From a virus (Duplodnaviria > Caudoviricetes): a stretch of 39,327 bases of DNA. Where the stretch lies: positions 1 through 39,327 of the IMG/VR virus record IMGVR_UViG_3300012953_006722, one strand, 5' to 3'. Position numbers and translations under genes: made by a program. Of the stretch, positions 18,425 through 26,764 are shown piece by piece (position 1 is the first letter of the stretch; each line of letters begins with the position of its first letter). The notes under the pieces are model-generated. The model was given only the letters and a program-made list of their open reading frames with translations, was not told where the DNA came from and did no database searches.

Positions 18425-19171
18425 TTAGTTACTTACGTATCCCCTCTGTTTTATGTAACTTGAGTTGGTTCCAGCTACCCTTCCTAGCTCTTCGCCTTTT
18501 GGGCCTGTGCGCGGTTTTGCGGGATTACCCTCAAAAAGGTAGCAGTAAAGCGCTCTGTCTAGAAATTTTACGGCTGAATAGTCTCCATGCTTTTCTCTTG
18601 ACTTGTAAAGCATGGGAAGGGTAAGTGCGTGATCTGTTGCCATTTTAAACCAGTTACCATCACTACCTAAAAAATTGGACACATTAACCCTCTCTAAAGC
18701 TTTTACTTTGAATGTACACATATGACTTGTGATCCATTGGCCAGTGTAAGGGTTCCAATTGCTGTCTGGGATCGCTTGATTATTACCACGTTCACCAGAT
18801 GAAAAAATATAATTAGTATAAACAAATTCCAAATTTGGAGTTTTATCATAAACCTCCTTAATTTCCTCAAGAGCAGTCACTTCATTAAGCCAGTCGTCGC
18901 TATCAACTATACAAATAATATCCTCGGAATTCTTATTTATAGCGTTGTCATAGATATTTTTTGCCCGATATTTTCTTTCTGTATTAAAAATTACCTCGGT
19001 TAAACCGTTTGTGGGAAGACTTTTTAAATAAAGCCTTGTATCGTCATCACTTATATCGTCCACCAAAATGTGAGAATCGGGTTTAAGGGTCTGATTAGCG
19101 ACACTCTTAACGCAATTTAACACAAATTTTCCCGCATTTCTACCAACAGAAACAACGTATAACTTTGACAT
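18425..19171 (-). CDS. Glycosyltransferase family 2
   Basis: RNAGKFVLNCVKSVANQ, LVDDISDD, IVDSDDWL. Confidence 0.88.
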   Translation of the reverse strand: MSKLYVVSVGRNAGKFVLNCVKSVANQTLKPDSHILVDDISDDDTRLYLKSLPTNGLTEVIFNTERKYRAKNIYDNAINKNSEDIICIVDSDDWLNEVTALEEIKEVYDKTPNLEFVYTNYIFSSGERGNNQAIPDSNWNPYTGQWITSHMCTFKVKALERVNVSNFLGSDGNWFKMATDHALTLPMLYKSREKHGDYSAVKFLDRALYCYLFEGNPAKPRTGPKGEELGRVAGTNSSYIKQRGYVSN

Positions 19172-19176
19172 GCCGT

Positions 19177-19205
19177 ATTATAGAAGGGAAAGCTGGTTTA
19201 TTCTA
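19177..19205 (-). promoter_or_regulatory. Possible internal leaderless sigma70 promoter
   Basis: Minus strand TAGAAT (weak -35), 17 nt, TATAAT (19182-19177), 5 nt, ATG 19171, in one of the few intergenic gaps. Confidence 0.45.
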
Positions 19206-20018
19206 GAAAAAGTCCCCGTTAATTTGTTTCTCCCAATATGATATTTTCATATTAGATAAGTCAAAAAGCTTAGAGGTCATTTCTTCGTATTTTTTATATA
19301 AAAAATCACAATTAATCTCTCCCCAGTCATCAACAAACAATATAGGAAGGTCATTAAACTCATTCATCGCCGCACTCCTTTTGATGATGGGAATTGTTCT
19401 TAAGTAAAGAGCCTCCCAGGTTCTATGACAGTCCGTTCCATTTCCACGGGGTGAAAAAACAAATTTATGAGATGCTATCTGTCGGTAGTAATCTTGCCAC
19501 GGTAAAGCTGCTTGCCTAGTCACCCAATCGTTACTGGAAAAATGATTTAAAACGTGCGCCCTTTCGCTTCGAAAAGTGTTGGGATTTACATTTAAATAAA
19601 CCAAATCACCATGCACGGTTTCTTCTTCGGATAATTTATTTATGTAAATAGCTTTTTTGAGACCGTCAGGCGGCTCCGAGGAAAATCTTCCAGACTGACT
19701 TGTTGAATTTATCCTCAAAGTCATATTTTCCAAACCTATAGGTATGGCTCTAAGCTTATCGGTTTGATAATCTTTATTTTGGCAATACCACTTTGTGAGA
19801 CCCTTTGGGCGAAGATTAAAGCGGTTTTTATCTATGTGGTAATCGCTGTTATGCGTAACAAAAGTCTTATGTGCACTGCCAGTATACTCTTCTATATAAT
19901 CTGTTTTGCAAAATGTAGCGTGACCCCGACTACAGATATCAATAAACCTATTACCTGTAATATATTCATTAAAGCTAATCTTGTGGGTGAAAAAATCTTC
20001 TAATTGCTTAAGGGGCAT
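19203..20018 (-). CDS. Exostosin/GT47-like glycosyltransferase
   Basis: HKFVFSPRGNGTDCHRTWEALYLRTIPI resembles the exostosin C-terminal motif; THNSD, IPIGLEN. Confidence 0.7.
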   Translation of the reverse strand: MPLKQLEDFFTHKISFNEYITGNRFIDICSRGHATFCKTDYIEEYTGSAHKTFVTHNSDYHIDKNRFNLRPKGLTKWYCQNKDYQTDKLRAIPIGLENMTLRINSTSQSGRFSSEPPDGLKKAIYINKLSEEETVHGDLVYLNVNPNTFRSERAHVLNHFSSNDWVTRQAALPWQDYYRQIASHKFVFSPRGNGTDCHRTWEALYLRTIPIIKRSAAMNEFNDLPILFVDDWGEINCDFLYKKYEEMTSKLFDLSNMKISYWEKQINGDFF

Positions 20019-20025
20019 TTCAAAA

Positions 20026-20895
20026 TTACAGCAACTGTTTTATGTCCTTACAGTGCATGTGTAGATTATTTATCTTAACTGGCAGTGCAGAACCGTCTAA
20101 AATATAAGGCTGTCGATCTTTCCAAATATACTGATAATCACAAGCTTTAAAAACTGTGGTTTCATTGATAAAGCCAATTTTTTTATCCGACGGGTCTTGA
20201 ACATTGTCGATACCAAAAAAATACTGACCTAAGGCTGCGCCGTCAAATATGCTGCCATAATGATTGAAATTGCTGTCATATTTAATATTAAAATTATTAT
20301 ATTGCGACGCTTCTGGCAGGATGGGAAAATTGGAAACTAAATACTGATAGTGTGTAAAAAAATGATACAAATTTTGCATATCAGTGAAAGAGTTATTATT
20401 AAAAATAAAATCACAGACAGCCTCAATAATAGAGTGGTCCTTAAACCAAATTATGGACGGGACGCACCTATCAGCATCTATAACAAGAGACATTTGTTTC
20501 CCTAACTGCTCCGCTACAGATCTTTCGTGTATTAAATCCGAAAACAAAGCTATATCATTTTCAATATGAAAAAACGACTCCAAGCCTTTTGATTTAGCGT
20601 AATTGTGAAGTATAAAAAACCTAGAAGAAGTTCTGGAATAGAAATTATCTCTAAACTCAGTATTGAAATTAGTAATATTGTAGCTCCTGTAAGACTCGTC
20701 TTTAAAATTTTCTAAGTCTTCTAGAATTATATCTTCGTGCAGCACTAAGTGATGCAAGTCTTTAGGGAGAATTAGATGCACCTCCACTTCCGACCTCTTT
20801 AATAGAGAAATACAATCGTTTAAGCAGGTGGGAAACAGTGATCCCGAATGAACTAAGACAACTGGAGTTTTAATTTTTTCGCCCATATGTGTCAT
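20026..20895 (-). CDS. Hypothetical protein, possible GT-A glycosyltransferase
   Basis: FFHIEND (DxD-like), FDGAALGQY, C-terminal NNLHMHCK; island context. Confidence 0.5.
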   Translation of the reverse strand: MTHMGEKIKTPVVLVHSGSLFPTCLNDCISLLKRSEVEVHLILPKDLHHLVLHEDIILEDLENFKDESYRSYNITNFNTEFRDNFYSRTSSRFFILHNYAKSKGLESFFHIENDIALFSDLIHERSVAEQLGKQMSLVIDADRCVPSIIWFKDHSIIEAVCDFIFNNNSFTDMQNLYHFFTHYQYLVSNFPILPEASQYNNFNIKYDSNFNHYGSIFDGAALGQYFFGIDNVQDPSDKKIGFINETTVFKACDYQYIWKDRQPYILDGSALPVKINNLHMHCKDIKQLL

Positions 20896-21859
20896 TGTAA
20901 AATTTTAACATTTTCGCAAAATACTTAACGTTATTCTTTACAGAAACAAACGCGGAACTTTGTTTTTGCTGAAACAAGGCCAGCTTTTTCGCTATCGAGG
21001 GGTTTGCGTTGAAAAATTCAACTGAAGCCTCCCAGTCGGTCTCGTCCACATAGACAAACCCGCCAAAGGTCTTAAAGTAATGGTAGTGCCAGCACATATC
21101 CTCTCTCTTTGGCCTAAGAAATAAACACAGGCACTTAGAGTTCATTGCCCATGGTAATCTATCCCAAGAGTTGGTGTTGCCGTTTATGTTAAAAATATAT
21201 TTATACTCTAATTGTTTACCTTGCGGTATAAAGTCAGATTGAATCGATTGCCAGTCAAAATCTACAAGCCTTTCAGGATCTGGAAAACCACTCATGTCAG
21301 TTGTTATTCTAAACTTTCCCAATTCGCTATCTTTATTTTTGATACAAAATAAAAACCGTTGGTTGTCTTCAGGTAAGTGCCCTCCTGTATAGCTGCCTGC
21401 AAAAATTGCCTTATCCTTCTTATCCTCAAAGTCTAGATCTAGCAGTGAAAACATTTTGGTGACTTTTTCAACACTTACGATATGAGAATTAGGGATTAAG
21501 AAGTTGGGATGATTCGCTCTGCGCGTAAAACACCAGCGAGGAATTCCCTCCTCATAAAAATCCACATCATCTCCCGAGTTAAAAATGAATTCACAGTCTA
21601 AATCGGAAACGCTAAATCCCTCCACTTCAAAAGCGTCCCTACAGGACAAAAGGCTTATAAGGAACTGCGACCGCATCTCATCCTGATTCTCATGCTGTCG
21701 CACAATTGAAAATTGCCCATCTTTAATTTTTATATGTGCCTCTTGGGGCCGCAACTCGCATTTTTCAATGGCGTCAGAATCTATATTCGTTATAGGTTTT
21801 GTTTCTTTTTGGAAACAGAAGTCTATTTTTTCTTCATCTGTCATATCTGTAGTGTCCAT
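20870..21859 (-). CDS. GT90/CAP10-like glycosyltransferase
   Basis: KKDKAIFAGSYTG, YKYIFNINGNTNSWDRL, NPSIAKKLA. Confidence 0.75.
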   Translation of the reverse strand: MDTTDMTDEEKIDFCFQKETKPITNIDSDAIEKCELRPQEAHIKIKDGQFSIVRQHENQDEMRSQFLISLLSCRDAFEVEGFSVSDLDCEFIFNSGDDVDFYEEGIPRWCFTRRANHPNFLIPNSHIVSVEKVTKMFSLLDLDFEDKKDKAIFAGSYTGGHLPEDNQRFLFCIKNKDSELGKFRITTDMSGFPDPERLVDFDWQSIQSDFIPQGKQLEYKYIFNINGNTNSWDRLPWAMNSKCLCLFLRPKREDMCWHYHYFKTFGGFVYVDETDWEASVEFFNANPSIAKKLALFQQKQSSAFVSVKNNVKYFAKMLKFYNDTYGRKN

Positions 21860-22616
21860 GTTTTGATTCTCTTGCTGATAAAATAATTTCGTCCGCTAAA
21901 GCCTCGTAAGCTCGATCAAAGTATTGAAACGTTGACCAATCTCCGAACTTTCTTTGCAACTCTAAGTTAAAGTTCTGATGCAGCGAGTGTTTATGAATTA
22001 ATACTGAGTAGATGCTTTGATCTTGTCTATGCTCTCTGCATCCCTCAGGCCCGTCTGGTTGCTTAACTGTCGTATCTGGCAAACAAACCTCTTTATCCAA
22101 GCTATAACGGTAATAATCATTAACGAATTTGATATTGTCAGGTGTTTTGGAATATACTTGAAATCCAGCCCAGTATTGTGGGTAGTTTGCCGCCTCCATA
22201 CACTCCATCGCCTCCAGACTTTTTCTTGTGCACCAATATTTATTATATAATAATGAATGAGTATAAGGTAAAAATAATCTACCGTCTGTTAAAATATCCT
22301 CAAAATCTGTAAACTTTTTAATAAAGCAGTTGGCTGAATCAGAGTATATCATTGACCCAAAATTATTTAAGCAGTGCCATATAGCATATACCTTATAGGC
22401 GAAGCCTCGCGGTTCATAGATAAAATTGGAAACTTTGGGTATTTTAATTAGCGCAACGTCAAGATCTGTAGCCTGACGTAATTCTTCCAAATCTTTTTCT
22501 TCGCAATCAAAGTAATAAACAAAAACATTTTTTGCATACGAGTTTAACTCGTAGCTTTTGATTAAGTTTTTACAATTTCTTATAAAAGGTTTATTTATTA
22601 CGGTGCATAAATTCAT
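21834..22616 (-). CDS. Putative GT-A glycosyltransferase
   Basis: GFAYKVYAI, IYSDSA, EHRQDQSIYSVL motif. Confidence 0.6.
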   Translation of the reverse strand: MNLCTVINKPFIRNCKNLIKSYELNSYAKNVFVYYFDCEEKDLEELRQATDLDVALIKIPKVSNFIYEPRGFAYKVYAIWHCLNNFGSMIYSDSANCFIKKFTDFEDILTDGRLFLPYTHSLLYNKYWCTRKSLEAMECMEAANYPQYWAGFQVYSKTPDNIKFVNDYYRYSLDKEVCLPDTTVKQPDGPEGCREHRQDQSIYSVLIHKHSLHQNFNLELQRKFGDWSTFQYFDRAYEALADEIILSARESKHGHYRYDR

Positions 22617-22635
22617 CTTTAGTTCAAAGGTTGGG

Positions 22636-23352
22636 CTAATAGCCCTTCTCTATGTAAAGATTCCTGATCTTTGCTCCCTCTTGCATATTGCTGGTTTCAG
22701 AGTGAGTTGACAGGCCCTCTGGATTGTAATAATACAATCCTAAAATTTCATATATCTTGTGAAAAATTGCGCCATTGTGATGACATCTTAGCCAAAATTC
22801 ATGATCTGCCGCCGTGGGCCATTGCGTGTCAAAATATCCGTATTTTTCATGAAGTTTCTTCCTCCAAAAGGGCATATTGTGCGGTGAATTGTGTCCCAGT
22901 AGAAATCTTGGAGCAGGCTCTTCGCATGGATAAATTTTTGACAAACCATTTTCTTCAAAAGTCTCGTTAGGAGTCACGCTCCAACCAACATAACCGTAAG
23001 AAACGTCGCAATCTGCATTCTCTATCATGTAGTTAGAGTGTTTTTCCAGTGCATTTGAAGCTTTTCTGTCATCTACATTCCAATTTGTTAATATCTCTGA
23101 AGAGGATAACTTCGCCCCGATATTCCAAGTCTCGTAAATGCTGTATTTTTTATCCAGCTTTTTATAAATTACATTAGAGGGAAGGTCGCGCTTTAAAATA
23201 AGCTCTTCAGTTTTATCGGTAGACTGAGCATTTAATAAAAGAACTTCAAAAAAACTCAAATCCTTTTGCTGTAAAACATTCTCTAGAAAACCTTCAATAA
23301 AAAGCTCGCTATTAAAAATTGAGGTAATAATACTAGCTTTATATTTCATCAA
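22636..23352 (-). CDS. Glycosyltransferase family 2
   Basis: ASIITSIFNSE, YETWNIG, NWNVDD, GYFD..AADHEFWLR. Confidence 0.88.
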   Translation of the reverse strand: MMKYKASIITSIFNSELFIEGFLENVLQQKDLSFFEVLLLNAQSTDKTEELILKRDLPSNVIYKKLDKKYSIYETWNIGAKLSSSEILTNWNVDDRKASNALEKHSNYMIENADCDVSYGYVGWSVTPNETFEENGLSKIYPCEEPAPRFLLGHNSPHNMPFWRKKLHEKYGYFDTQWPTAADHEFWLRCHHNGAIFHKIYEILGLYYYNPEGLSTHSETSNMQEGAKIRNLYIEKGY

Positions 23353-23708
23353 TCTCCCACCTCCACACGAATACTGTCTTCATCAAAATGTTGAGTAGAA
23401 AATTCGAACATTTCTGTATCTTGGAGGGCAAACATTTGGTGCCTCATCCCGACCTCCACATGAAAATTGTCACCCTCCTCTAATACAACTTCGGTGGCAA
23501 CATTGATGTCATCTTCGTAGCCATAAGAAACTAAAAGTTTTCCCTTTTGAATGTAAAAAACCTCATCTTTGAGTTTATGGTAGTGCCAAGAGCATTTTTT
23601 ACCCTTTGCAAAAAATAATATTTTACCACAGTACTGGGGTTTATTTACAATCCACTTTTCATAGCCCCAACCCTTGGATACGAATTTAATGTCTGAAAAA
23701 TTCTTCAT
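23349..23708 (-). CDS. Cupin (mannose-6-phosphate isomerase type II-like domain)
   Basis: KGWGYE, SWHYHKLKDEVFYIQKG, GMRHQM, EFST. Confidence 0.8.
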   Translation of the reverse strand: MKNFSDIKFVSKGWGYEKWIVNKPQYCGKILFFAKGKKCSWHYHKLKDEVFYIQKGKLLVSYGYEDDINVATEVVLEEGDNFHVEVGMRHQMFALQDTEMFEFSTQHFDEDSIRVEVGD

Positions 23709-24262
23709 TTGCGATCTAGTAGCTTTATGGTTGCCCCGATAATTTCCTCGGGAGAAATGGTGTTGATTAATTTATTAGGATCGTCCCGCTGATAATATGA
23801 AGGCTTTATGTCTGAGTAGTTAGGCTCTAAACAAATGCACCTGTCGTCCGAAGAGAAAAATGGACCAGTAGCTTTCCAAGTCTGAGGAAAAATACAAACT
23901 ATTTTAGTATCATAGTGAGAAGCAAGGTGAAGCGGGAAGCTATCATAAGAAAGGTGTAGGCTGGAATGCTTTATTAGATAGGCTAGTGAATGCATTGTAG
24001 TGCGTCCTAAAAACGAAGTGTTCACATCATAACGGTCATCATCTTCACCCCCAACTTGTATGATTTCATGAGAAAATCCAGGGGAGTTTTTAAGACCATC
24101 TACTACTTCTTTCCAATAAGAATACTGACGAGCAGTTCCCTTGGTGTCGCAAGGGTGAAAGGTAATATAAGGACTTGAAGGTAATTCAATTTGCTCTTCT
24201 GCAATAAAGCATTTATCAATCGGCATCGCTGTTACCAGTGAATATGTTTCCAGCATGTGCAT
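23705..24262 (-). CDS. GT9 (heptosyltransferase-like) C-terminal domain
   Basis: ITFHP, IIQVGG, LAYLIKHSSLHLSYDSFPLHLA, INTISPEEII. Confidence 0.75.
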   Translation of the reverse strand: MHMLETYSLVTAMPIDKCFIAEEQIELPSSPYITFHPCDTKGTARQYSYWKEVVDGLKNSPGFSHEIIQVGGEDDDRYDVNTSFLGRTTMHSLAYLIKHSSLHLSYDSFPLHLASHYDTKIVCIFPQTWKATGPFFSSDDRCICLEPNYSDIKPSYYQRDDPNKLINTISPEEIIGATIKLLDRK

Positions 24263-24266
24263 ATTT

Positions 24267-24644
24267 TTATTTTTTTAATTCTAGACCTACTACATCTAAA
24301 CCGTTATGGAGATATTGGAGACAACGCTGCGTTAGTATTGCAGGAAGAAACAACATATCAAAGCAACCCTGCCACTTGCCATGACCCTCGATAAAAAGCG
24401 GGTCTTCCATTTGCGGATAATACTCTAAAACCCCCTTGAGGTGGGGATTGTCCTTCAAGACGGGATGAAAAACCCCTTTACAGGCGTAATAAAGGTCATA
24501 GTCGGGATAATTTTCCCTAAAAGCGGGCAATAGGCTAGTAGAGAGGAATATATCACCCGCGCTCTCAGGGAGACATATAAGTATTTTTTTGTCAGAGCCT
24601 TTTGTCTGACTTTTTATATATTCCAGTAGTTCAGAAGCTTCCAT
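24267..24644 (-). CDS. GT9 (heptosyltransferase-like) N-terminal domain
   Basis: KILICLPESAGDIFLSTSLLPAFRENYPD, VLKDNPHL. Confidence 0.75.
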   Translation of the reverse strand: MEASELLEYIKSQTKGSDKKILICLPESAGDIFLSTSLLPAFRENYPDYDLYYACKGVFHPVLKDNPHLKGVLEYYPQMEDPLFIEGHGKWQGCFDMLFLPAILTQRCLQYLHNGLDVVGLELKK

Positions 24645-24651
24645 TAACCTA

Positions 24652-24700
24652 ATCTGTTTGTTCTAACAGATGATTATATGGTCTTAACTGTTTTTATCAA
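24652..24700 (-). promoter_or_regulatory. sigma70-type promoter heading the glycan island, with downstream inverted repeat
   Basis: Minus strand TTGATA (24700-24695), 16 nt, TATAAT (24678-24673); ATCTGTT-N6-AACAGAT inverted repeat at 24652-24671. Confidence 0.55.
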
Positions 24701-25103
24701 CTTCTGTAGGAGGAATAAAGGTCTGCTGCCCGTCTTTATCTGTAATGCCACCCAATAACAAGTCTGTACGAGCAATTGTCAGATCAATCTCTTTAAATTC
24801 ATAAAAACACTCTGAAGCTTCGTCAATATAGGTAATCGGTCTTCTCTCCAAAATGTCTTGATCATTGATATGTGCTGCGCCAAGAGAGCGCTCAGATGCG
24901 CCACATAGAAAAAGATTCACGCGAGCTAATGCCCACTGAGCAGTAGAAACGGTAGGTCGATAAATTGATGAACTTACCTTTTCGCCCCTCTTGTAGATTG
25001 TAATAAGCTCCTCTAGAGTGACCTGATGAGAGTGTTTTTTATTATGCTGCTCGACCTTCTTTGAGAGAAGGGCTAAGATTTTATCTGAAAGCGTGAGGTG
25101 CAT
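24684..25103 (-). CDS. Hypothetical viral protein, DUF5824-like
   Basis: IYKRG...RP....QWALARVNLF motif recalled from a virus-associated family. Confidence 0.55.
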   Translation of the reverse strand: MHLTLSDKILALLSKKVEQHNKKHSHQVTLEELITIYKRGEKVSSSIYRPTVSTAQWALARVNLFLCGASERSLGAAHINDQDILERRPITYIDEASECFYEFKEIDLTIARTDLLLGGITDKDGQQTFIPPTEVDKNS

Positions 25104-25117
25104 TTTATTTACTTACA

Positions 25118-26764
25118 CTATCCTTCGCAGGATGCACAAGAAAGTATTGAGCGAGCTAATTCTTGGCTCGGGTTGGCGCTGCGCTGATAGTAAAAACTTT
25201 TAACTCCTTGTTCCCAGCCAAAAATCAGTAATTCGCTGACCTGCTTAGGTGGACATTTGGGAGAAATCATCACATTTAGGCTTTGGCCTTGGTCAATATA
25301 CCTTTGGCGTTGCGATGCCTGAATAACAATTTCCTTTTGTGAAATTTCTCCGAAGGTTTTAAATACAGCCTTCTCCTCATCTGTTAAAAAGCTTAGGTGT
25401 TGCACCGAACCGCCTTTTAACAGAATTGACTTCCAAGTAGTAAGAGTATTTTTCTTTTTCTCTTCCAACAGCGCTTCTAGGTAAGGGTTTTTGTAAGTGA
25501 ACTTACCTTTCGCCAAATCTTTGGTAAAATAATTACTGTTAAGAGGCTCAATAGAAGGTGATACCTGACCCAGTATAAAAGAACTTGATGTGGTCGGAGC
25601 AATTGCCATTGTGGTCATATTGCGCCTACCATAGCCCTTAAGGTGCTCAGGCTCTCCAAACAGGACACTTAGATTCTCAGTAGCTTTATCCGCCCTCTCT
25701 CTTATGACTTTATGAATTTCATTATTGAGAAAGTGAGCTTCCATGCCCTCAAATGGAATCATTTGTTTCTGAAGCAGGGAGTGCCAACCCAGAACACCCA
25801 CGCCCAGAGCGCGTTGACGTTTTGCAAACTCATGCGAGGGCTTCATGAATGGGATGCCCTCTGTCTTCTCAATGTATTCTTCCATGACTGCATCTAAGAA
25901 ATAGACCAAGGTTTCTATCGCATCTGTTTCTACTATTTCCTCCCACTTCACTAGGTTTAGTGATGACAGACAACAAACAAAGGATTCTTGCTCGGAGGAA
26001 TGCAGCGCGATTTCACTACAGAGATTAGACGCGGAAATTTTTAGCTTTTTATCCTTATAAGCTTTGGGTGCATTTTGATTCGCAGTATCAGTGAAGAAAA
26101 TGTAGGGGTATCCCGTTTCAAAACGCTTACGTATCAGTGATGCCCATGTGGATCTTTTTTGACGATCACCATCAATTAGAGATCTCATCCACTCATCATC
26201 GATGCAAACACCAAAGGACATTTCTTGGATAGGGTTTCCCTCGCCTCTTATTCTTAAAAACTCCTTAATGTCAGGATGATCAATTGGTAGATAGGCTGCA
26301 AAAGAGCCTCTTCTTACATTACTTTGAGAAACAACAGAGGATACTTTGTCGAATAGCTCCATGAAATGCACCGAGCCACTAGATGTGCCCCCAGAATTAA
26401 TTGCCTCGCCGCGCCCTCTTAGATCACCGAAATAAGCAGAGGTTCCTGCGCCATGTTTGGTCTGCATTCCCACTTCGGCTTGTTTGTCCAAAATGGCATC
26501 CATGCGGTCTTCGATAAAGACGCCGTTGCATGATACGGGCAATCCTCGCTTTCGCCCAAAGTTTGCCCACACTGGGCTTGCCAAAGAATAAAATCCCCTC
26601 GCTACATAGTCTTCGAATTTTTCAGCAAAGCCTTTTATCTTAAGATACTTTTCCGCAGCCTTTGCAATATCAGCCACGCGCTGTTCCGCAGATTCTCCCT
26701 CTCGCAAATAGCCCCTTTTAAGGAACGCCCTAGAGTCTTTGTTGAGCCATTTGTATTTTTTCAT
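25118..26764 (-). CDS. nrdA: Ribonucleotide reductase class I alpha subunit (no ATP cone)
   Basis: PVSC, RRGS, ETGYPY, SNLCSEI, CCLSSLNL, AIAPT, YYQRS, C-terminal CASCEG. Confidence 0.96.
   Translation of the reverse strand: MKKYKWLNKDSRAFLKRGYLREGESAEQRVADIAKAAEKYLKIKGFAEKFEDYVARGFYSLASPVWANFGRKRGLPVSCNGVFIEDRMDAILDKQAEVGMQTKHGAGTSAYFGDLRGRGEAINSGGTSSGSVHFMELFDKVSSVVSQSNVRRGSFAAYLPIDHPDIKEFLRIRGEGNPIQEMSFGVCIDDEWMRSLIDGDRQKRSTWASLIRKRFETGYPYIFFTDTANQNAPKAYKDKKLKISASNLCSEIALHSSEQESFVCCLSSLNLVKWEEIVETDAIETLVYFLDAVMEEYIEKTEGIPFMKPSHEFAKRQRALGVGVLGWHSLLQKQMIPFEGMEAHFLNNEIHKVIRERADKATENLSVLFGEPEHLKGYGRRNMTTMAIAPTTSSSFILGQVSPSIEPLNSNYFTKDLAKGKFTYKNPYLEALLEEKKKNTLTTWKSILLKGGSVQHLSFLTDEEKAVFKTFGEISQKEIVIQASQRQRYIDQGQSLNVMISPKCPPKQVSELLIFGWEQGVKSFYYQRSANPSQELARSILSCASCEG

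Noticed and set aside
8966-24644. Ordinary chromosomal O-antigen/capsule locus
   Set aside because: It is coupled to phage-style replication genes and lies near tail genes; no wzx/wzy/ABC transporter or initiating transferase is recognisable
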